A program made the position numbers and the translations under genes. Positions 59,861 to 64,000 of a stretch of DNA of 64,000 nt are shown here, in pieces (within the stretch, counting starts at the first letter, position 1; each line of letters begins with the position of its first letter). A model generated the notes under the pieces. The model made no database searches and was not told the origin of the DNA. It worked only from the letters and a program-made list of their open reading frames with translations. This stretch comes from Thermoanaerobaculia bacterium. GTDB lineage: Bacteria > Acidobacteriota > Thermoanaerobaculia > UBA5066. The stretch covers positions 160,001 to 224,000 of the forward strand of contig CAVRAY010000001.1 of assembly GCA_963719225.1 (NCBI GenBank). Reading direction: 5' to 3'.

Positions 59861-60136
59861 ATGGCACGTACACGGGTTGGCGAAATTTTCGGGTCGATGC
59901 GGGAAGGCCTCTCCGATGCCGGTGAAAGAGGGCAGGAGCTGGCGAAGGACGTGGCAGAGCGCGTCGAGGACGTCCTGGACGAGGCCGGCGTTCAGGGCAA
60001 GCGCATTCGCAAGGAGCTCGCGCGGCGGTGGAAGACGGTCGATAAGGTCGGCCGCGAGAACGCCTTCGTCATGGCGATCGCGGCGCTCGGGGTCGGCATC
60101 GTCGTCGGCTATCTCCTCACGCGCGACGACGACTGA
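59861..60136 (+). CDS. ElaB/YqjD (DUF883)-like protein
   Basis: Helical N-terminus, C-terminal TM AIAALGVGIVVGYLL; GGAG RBS. Confidence 0.7.
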   Translation: MARTRVGEIFGSMREGLSDAGERGQELAKDVAERVEDVLDEAGVQGKRIRKELARRWKTVDKVGRENAFVMAIAALGVGIVVGYLLTRDDD

Positions 60137-60150
60137 ACCGGCTTTTCCCG

Positions 60151-60411
60151 CTATGCGAAGTGGTCGGCGTTGATCTTGAGGTAGTGCGCCCACTTCTCCG
60201 GGATGGTCTCTTCCGTGAAGATGGCCTTGACCGGGCATACGGGCTCGCAGTTGCCGCACTGGATGCAGGTGTTCGGATCGATGTAGAGCATCGTCGCCTC
60301 GGCGAACCCGTCCTCGTCCTTCTTGGGATGGATGCAGTCGACGGGACAGACCTCGACGCAGGCGGTGTCCTTCGTTCCGATGCACGGCTCGGCGATGATG
60401 TACATGCCCAT
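60151..60411 (-). CDS. ferredoxin (FdxA-like dicluster)
   Basis: EPCIGTKDTACVEVCPVDCI; CIQCGNCEPVCP. Confidence 0.9.
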   Translation of the reverse strand: MGMYIIAEPCIGTKDTACVEVCPVDCIHPKKDEDGFAEATMLYIDPNTCIQCGNCEPVCPVKAIFTEETIPEKWAHYLKINADHFA

Positions 60412-60526
60412 GCGGCGGATCCTCCTCCGGCCCGGAAAGTCTACTCGACCGCACGCCGCGGGGAAACGCGGTTGACGTCCCCCTCCCGGCCCGTGAAGAT
60501 GCGCTCCTAGAGAGACACCAAAGGCC

Positions 60527-61801
60527 GTGGGACTTTCCGAGCGCCTCCGCGTCCTCAGGACGGGGTTTACACGCACCTTCTGGGTGGCGAACACGATCGA
60601 GCTCTTCGAACGCTTCGCGTTCTATGGCTCGAAGGCGGTCCTTGCCGTCTATCTGAACCGGGCGGTGGGGCTCGGAACGACCGGAAACGACCTCGTCGGT
60701 CTTTACGGGGGCCTCGTCTTCGGGCTTCCGATCCTGGCGGGCGTCGTCGTGGACCGCTTCGGCTTCAAGAGGAGCCTCCTCGCGTGCTTCGCGATCTTCT
60801 CCGCCGGCTACACGCTGATCGGCCTCGCAGGTCTGCCGGCGGGGCAGCCCTTCATCGACGCCCTCGGAAAGAAGGGATTCGTCGTGCTCGCGCTGGTCGT
60901 GACCGCGGTCGGAGGCTCGCTCATCAAACCCTGCATCGTCGGCACCGTCGCGCGCACGACGACCGAGGAGACGAAGGGCCTCGGCTATTCGATCTACTAC
61001 ACGCTCGTGAACTTCGGCGGGTTCTTCGGGCCGATCCTCGCGAGCGAGGTCCGCCTGCGCCTCGGGATCGCGTCCGTGCTCTTCATGTCGGCGGCGGTCT
61101 CGGCCGCGCTCGTCCTCGGCACCTTCGTCTTTTACAAGGAGCCGGCGGGCGGGCGCGAGGGGCGCACGTTCGCGAAGGTCTTCTCGGACGCGGCGCTCGT
61201 CTTCCGGAACGCCCGATTCATCTCCTTCCTCGTCATCTTCTCGGGCTTCTGGATCATGTTCTGGCAGATCTTCTACGCGCTCCCGTTCTACGTGACGGAT
61301 GTCCTGAAGATCGCGCGTTTCGAGCTGCTCGAGACGGTCGACGCCCTCGGGATCATCTTCTTCACGGTTCCGGTGACGGCGCTCATGAAGAAGCTCCGTC
61401 CCATCCGCGCGATGGCCGGAGGCTTCGCGGTCGCGAGCGCCTCGTGGCTCGTCATCGCGTTCAGCCAGAGCTGGCAGGGCGTCGTCGTGGCGATGCTGCT
61501 CTTCGCGCTGGGCGAGTCCATGCAGGCGCCGCGCTTCTACGAGTACGTCGCGGACCTCGCCCCGAAAGAGCAGATGGGCACGTACATGGGATTCGCGTTC
61601 CTGCCCGTCGCGATCGGTGCGTTCGCAGCCGGGCCGCTCTCGGGGTACCTCATCGAGCACTACCTCAAGGGCGCCAATCCCGCAGGCATGTGGATCCTCC
61701 TTTCCGCGATCGGCTTCGGCGCGACGGTCCTCATGCTTCTCTACGACCGGATCTTCGCGCCCAAGGGAGGGCGCGCGTCCGAGGCGGACCGGACGCCGTG
61801 A
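60527..61801 (+). CDS. MFS transporter, POT/PTR peptide-transporter-like
   Basis: ELFERFAFYG, IKP, YSIYY..VNFG. Confidence 0.85.
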   Translation: MGLSERLRVLRTGFTRTFWVANTIELFERFAFYGSKAVLAVYLNRAVGLGTTGNDLVGLYGGLVFGLPILAGVVVDRFGFKRSLLACFAIFSAGYTLIGLAGLPAGQPFIDALGKKGFVVLALVVTAVGGSLIKPCIVGTVARTTTEETKGLGYSIYYTLVNFGGFFGPILASEVRLRLGIASVLFMSAAVSAALVLGTFVFYKEPAGGREGRTFAKVFSDAALVFRNARFISFLVIFSGFWIMFWQIFYALPFYVTDVLKIARFELLETVDALGIIFFTVPVTALMKKLRPIRAMAGGFAVASASWLVIAFSQSWQGVVVAMLLFALGESMQAPRFYEYVADLAPKEQMGTYMGFAFLPVAIGAFAAGPLSGYLIEHYLKGANPAGMWILLSAIGFGATVLMLLYDRIFAPKGGRASEADRTP

Positions 61802-64000
61802 TCTTTCTCGCATTCCTGGCGGGAGTCGCGGCGCTCGCCCTCGGCGCATGGCTGAAGGGGCGCCTCGAGCGCGCCGCGGAGCGGGTCGCGCTGCTGGAGT
61901 GGGAGATCAAGGCGATGAGGGAAGAAATCAGGAAGATTTCTGCTCCCGTGCGGGCCGCGCCGGCGGCCTCGTCCCCTGCTGACTCATCTCAGGTGGTCAC
62001 GCCCGAATTTTCTTTGAAGGGGGAAGAGGGGGAAGAGCGCGTCGAACCGGTGGCGCGCGCGAGCGGCGCTGCGGCGCAGGCTGCGCCGCCGATCGCCTTC
62101 CCGATCCCGCCGGTCGCCTTCGCACCGCCATCCATACCCCCTTCTCAGCAAATCTCCGACGCGGCTGCTCCTGCGTCGCCTCCTGACTTCGCCGCTTCGA
62201 TGCGAGAGGGAGCAGAAAATCCTCCTGTCCCCCCGCCGCCGCCAGCGGCGCCGCCTGCGGCGGCGCGCGTCGACTGGGAGAGCTTCGTAGGCGTGAAGCT
62301 CTTCTCTTGGATCGCCGGCATCTTCCTGACGATCGGCGCGGTTCTCTTTCTGCGCTATTCGATCGATCACGGATGGCTGTCGCCGCCGGTGCAGATGGCG
62401 ATCGGGCTTCTCGTGGGAACGTGCCTCCTCGTCGCCTGCGAGCTCAAGGCCGCGCGCCGTTACGCCGTCACGGCGAACGCCCTGGACGCGGCGGGCCTCG
62501 CGATTGTCTTCGCTTCGGTCTTCGCCGGGCATGCCCGGTGGAACCTGATCGGCCTCGGCGCCGCGTTCCTCCTCATGGCGCTCGTCGCGGCGCTCGCCGT
62601 CGCCCTCGCTCTCAGGCGCGATTCCCTGTTCATCGCGGCGCTGGGACTTCTCGGCGGCTTCGCGACGCCCGCCCTCCTGACGACGGGCGAGGACCGACCG
62701 ATCGAGCTCTTCTCGTACCTCCTGATCCTCAATGCGGGGCTCGCGTGGGTGGCGCTCCGGAAGAGGTGGGTGCTTCTCTCGGTGGCGAGCCTGGTCCTCA
62801 CGACGTGCTATCAGTGGGGCTGGGTCGTCCGTTTCCTCGCGGGCGAGAACCTGGGTCTCGCGGCGGGAATCTTCCTCGTGTTTCCGCTCGTCTTCGCGGC
62901 GGCGCCCGCGCTCGCGAGCCGCGAGCCGGGTCCCAGCGACGACGTCTTCGGACGGACGGCGGCCATCGCCGCCGCTCTCCCCGCGCTCTTCGCGCTCTAC
63001 GTCGCGGGCGTCGGCGCCTACGGGGACCACTGGAAGCTCCTCTTCGGCTTCCTCGCTCTTCTGGACGCGGGGCTTTTCGTGCTTGCCGTCTTTCGCGGGC
63101 CGACTCTGCTGCATGCCATCGGGGGGATCGCGACGCTCGCCGTTCTCGGGGCGTGGTTCGTGAAGTCGATGACGCCCCTCCTCATGGAGCCCGGGCTGAC
63201 GGCGGCCGTGGGGTTTTCGCTCTTCTACCTCTTCGCGCCCGCGCTCGCCGGGCTTCTGAGAGGGCGCGCGACGCTCGCCGCACGCCTCTCGGTGCTCGGT
63301 CTCCTCGGGCACGTGCTGCTGCTGTTCGTCGCGACACAGAAAAGCCTTTCTCTCCCGCCCGACCCGCGAGCGGTCGCCGCCCTCGCCCTCGTCACCGTCG
63401 CCGCTTTCTTCGCGGCACGGCGCGAGGGGACGGCGGAGATCCACACGGGAGCCGTCGTGCTGGGCCTGAGCGCCGTCGTTGCGTTCACGTTCATCGGGAC
63501 ACGCGTCCCCTGGCCTGCCGCCGCGATCGCTGCCGCGGTCGCGTTCGCTCTCTGGGGCGTCGGAGCCTGGATCGTGGACGGCCGCCGTGAGTTCGCGCGC
63601 GCCGCATGCGTCTCTCTCGCGCTGGCCCAGATCGCGACGATCACGGCGTCGCTTGCGTCCGGGTCTCCGAAGCTCGCCGTGCCTCTTTCGGCGCTCGCGC
63701 TCTTCCTCGTCGCCCTTTTCGCGGTCGCGGCGGCGTCCGGGATTCCGAACGTGTCGTTCCTCGGCGGCGCGCTTGCGATCCTGGCAGCCTACGTCTGGCG
63801 ACTCGGGCCGCCGCGGCACGACCGCTGGGATCAGGCGTTGATCCTCGGCGCGGTCGTCTGGGCCGTCTGCCTGGCGCATCCCATGGTCCTCGGAAGGCGT
63901 GCCGCGCGCGCGTCGGAGCCGTACCTGCTCGCGGTCCTGGCGAGCATCGCCCTCTTCCCGCTCTTTCGCGTCTCGCTCGAGGAGGGCGGCTTTCATCGCG
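61798..64000 (+). CDS. DUF2339 polytopic membrane protein (3'-truncated by window edge; absent from ORF track)
   Basis: GTG at 61798 overlaps the MFS stop; VIFLAFLAG.., Pro-rich linker, VDWESFVGVKLFSWIAG, LGLLGGFATPALL. Confidence 0.8.
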   Translation, partial: MIFLAFLAGVAALALGAWLKGRLERAAERVALLEWEIKAMREEIRKISAPVRAAPAASSPADSSQVVTPEFSLKGEEGEERVEPVARASGAAAQAAPPIAFPIPPVAFAPPSIPPSQQISDAAAPASPPDFAASMREGAENPPVPPPPPAAPPAAARVDWESFVGVKLFSWIAGIFLTIGAVLFLRYSIDHGWLSPPVQMAIGLLVGTCLLVACELKAARRYAVTANALDAAGLAIVFASVFAGHARWNLIGLGAAFLLMALVAALAVALALRRDSLFIAALGLLGGFATPALLTTGEDRPIELFSYLLILNAGLAWVALRKRWVLLSVASLVLTTCYQWGWVVRFLAGENLGLAAGIFLVFPLVFAAAPALASREPGPSDDVFGRTAAIAAALPALFALYVAGVGAYGDHWKLLFGFLALLDAGLFVLAVFRGPTLLHAIGGIATLAVLGAWFVKSMTPLLMEPGLTAAVGFSLFYLFAPALAGLLRGRATLAARLSVLGLLGHVLLLFVATQKSLSLPPDPRAVAALALVTVAAFFAARREGTAEIHTGAVVLGLSAVVAFTFIGTRVPWPAAAIAAAVAFALWGVGAWIVDGRREFARAACVSLALAQIATITASLASGSPKLAVPLSALALFLVALFAVAAASGIPNVSFLGGALAILAAYVWRLGPPRHDRWDQALILGAVVWAVCLAHPMVLGRRAARASEPYLLAVLASIALFPLFRVSLEEGGFHR

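Overview
High-GC bacterial chromosome segment. The many '[25 protein letters not shown]' Ser/Thr kinases suggest Acidobacteriota, possibly Thermoanaerobaculia (inference). A core region (tyrA, gluQ, tRNA-Asn(GTT)) is followed by an ~11 kb accessory island at the tRNA 3' end. The island is a tandem array of units separated by degenerate copies of the tRNA 3' end; three units carry a Ser/Thr kinase gene (one intact, two decayed) behind the same ~105-bp non-coding leader. It also holds an inverted-repeat-bounded cargo (a Cys/His-repeat DUF4185-like protein and a 7-blade lectin-like propeller-SGNH fusion) and remnants of a transposase and a nuclease-like gene. Downstream are an ECF42-type sigma/YciI pair, an L,D-transpeptidase-M23 fusion, an ArsR-SRPBCC-DoxX unit, RecQ, an S9 peptidase, a seven-gene PspA/ABC(SBP-OmpA)/AAA-ATPase operon, an acyl-CoA catabolic operon and three more kinases. 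An exported thioredoxin-like selenoprotein (UxxC plus SECIS-like hairpin) is split in two by the ORF track. All family assignments come from motif recognition by eye; no database searches were run.
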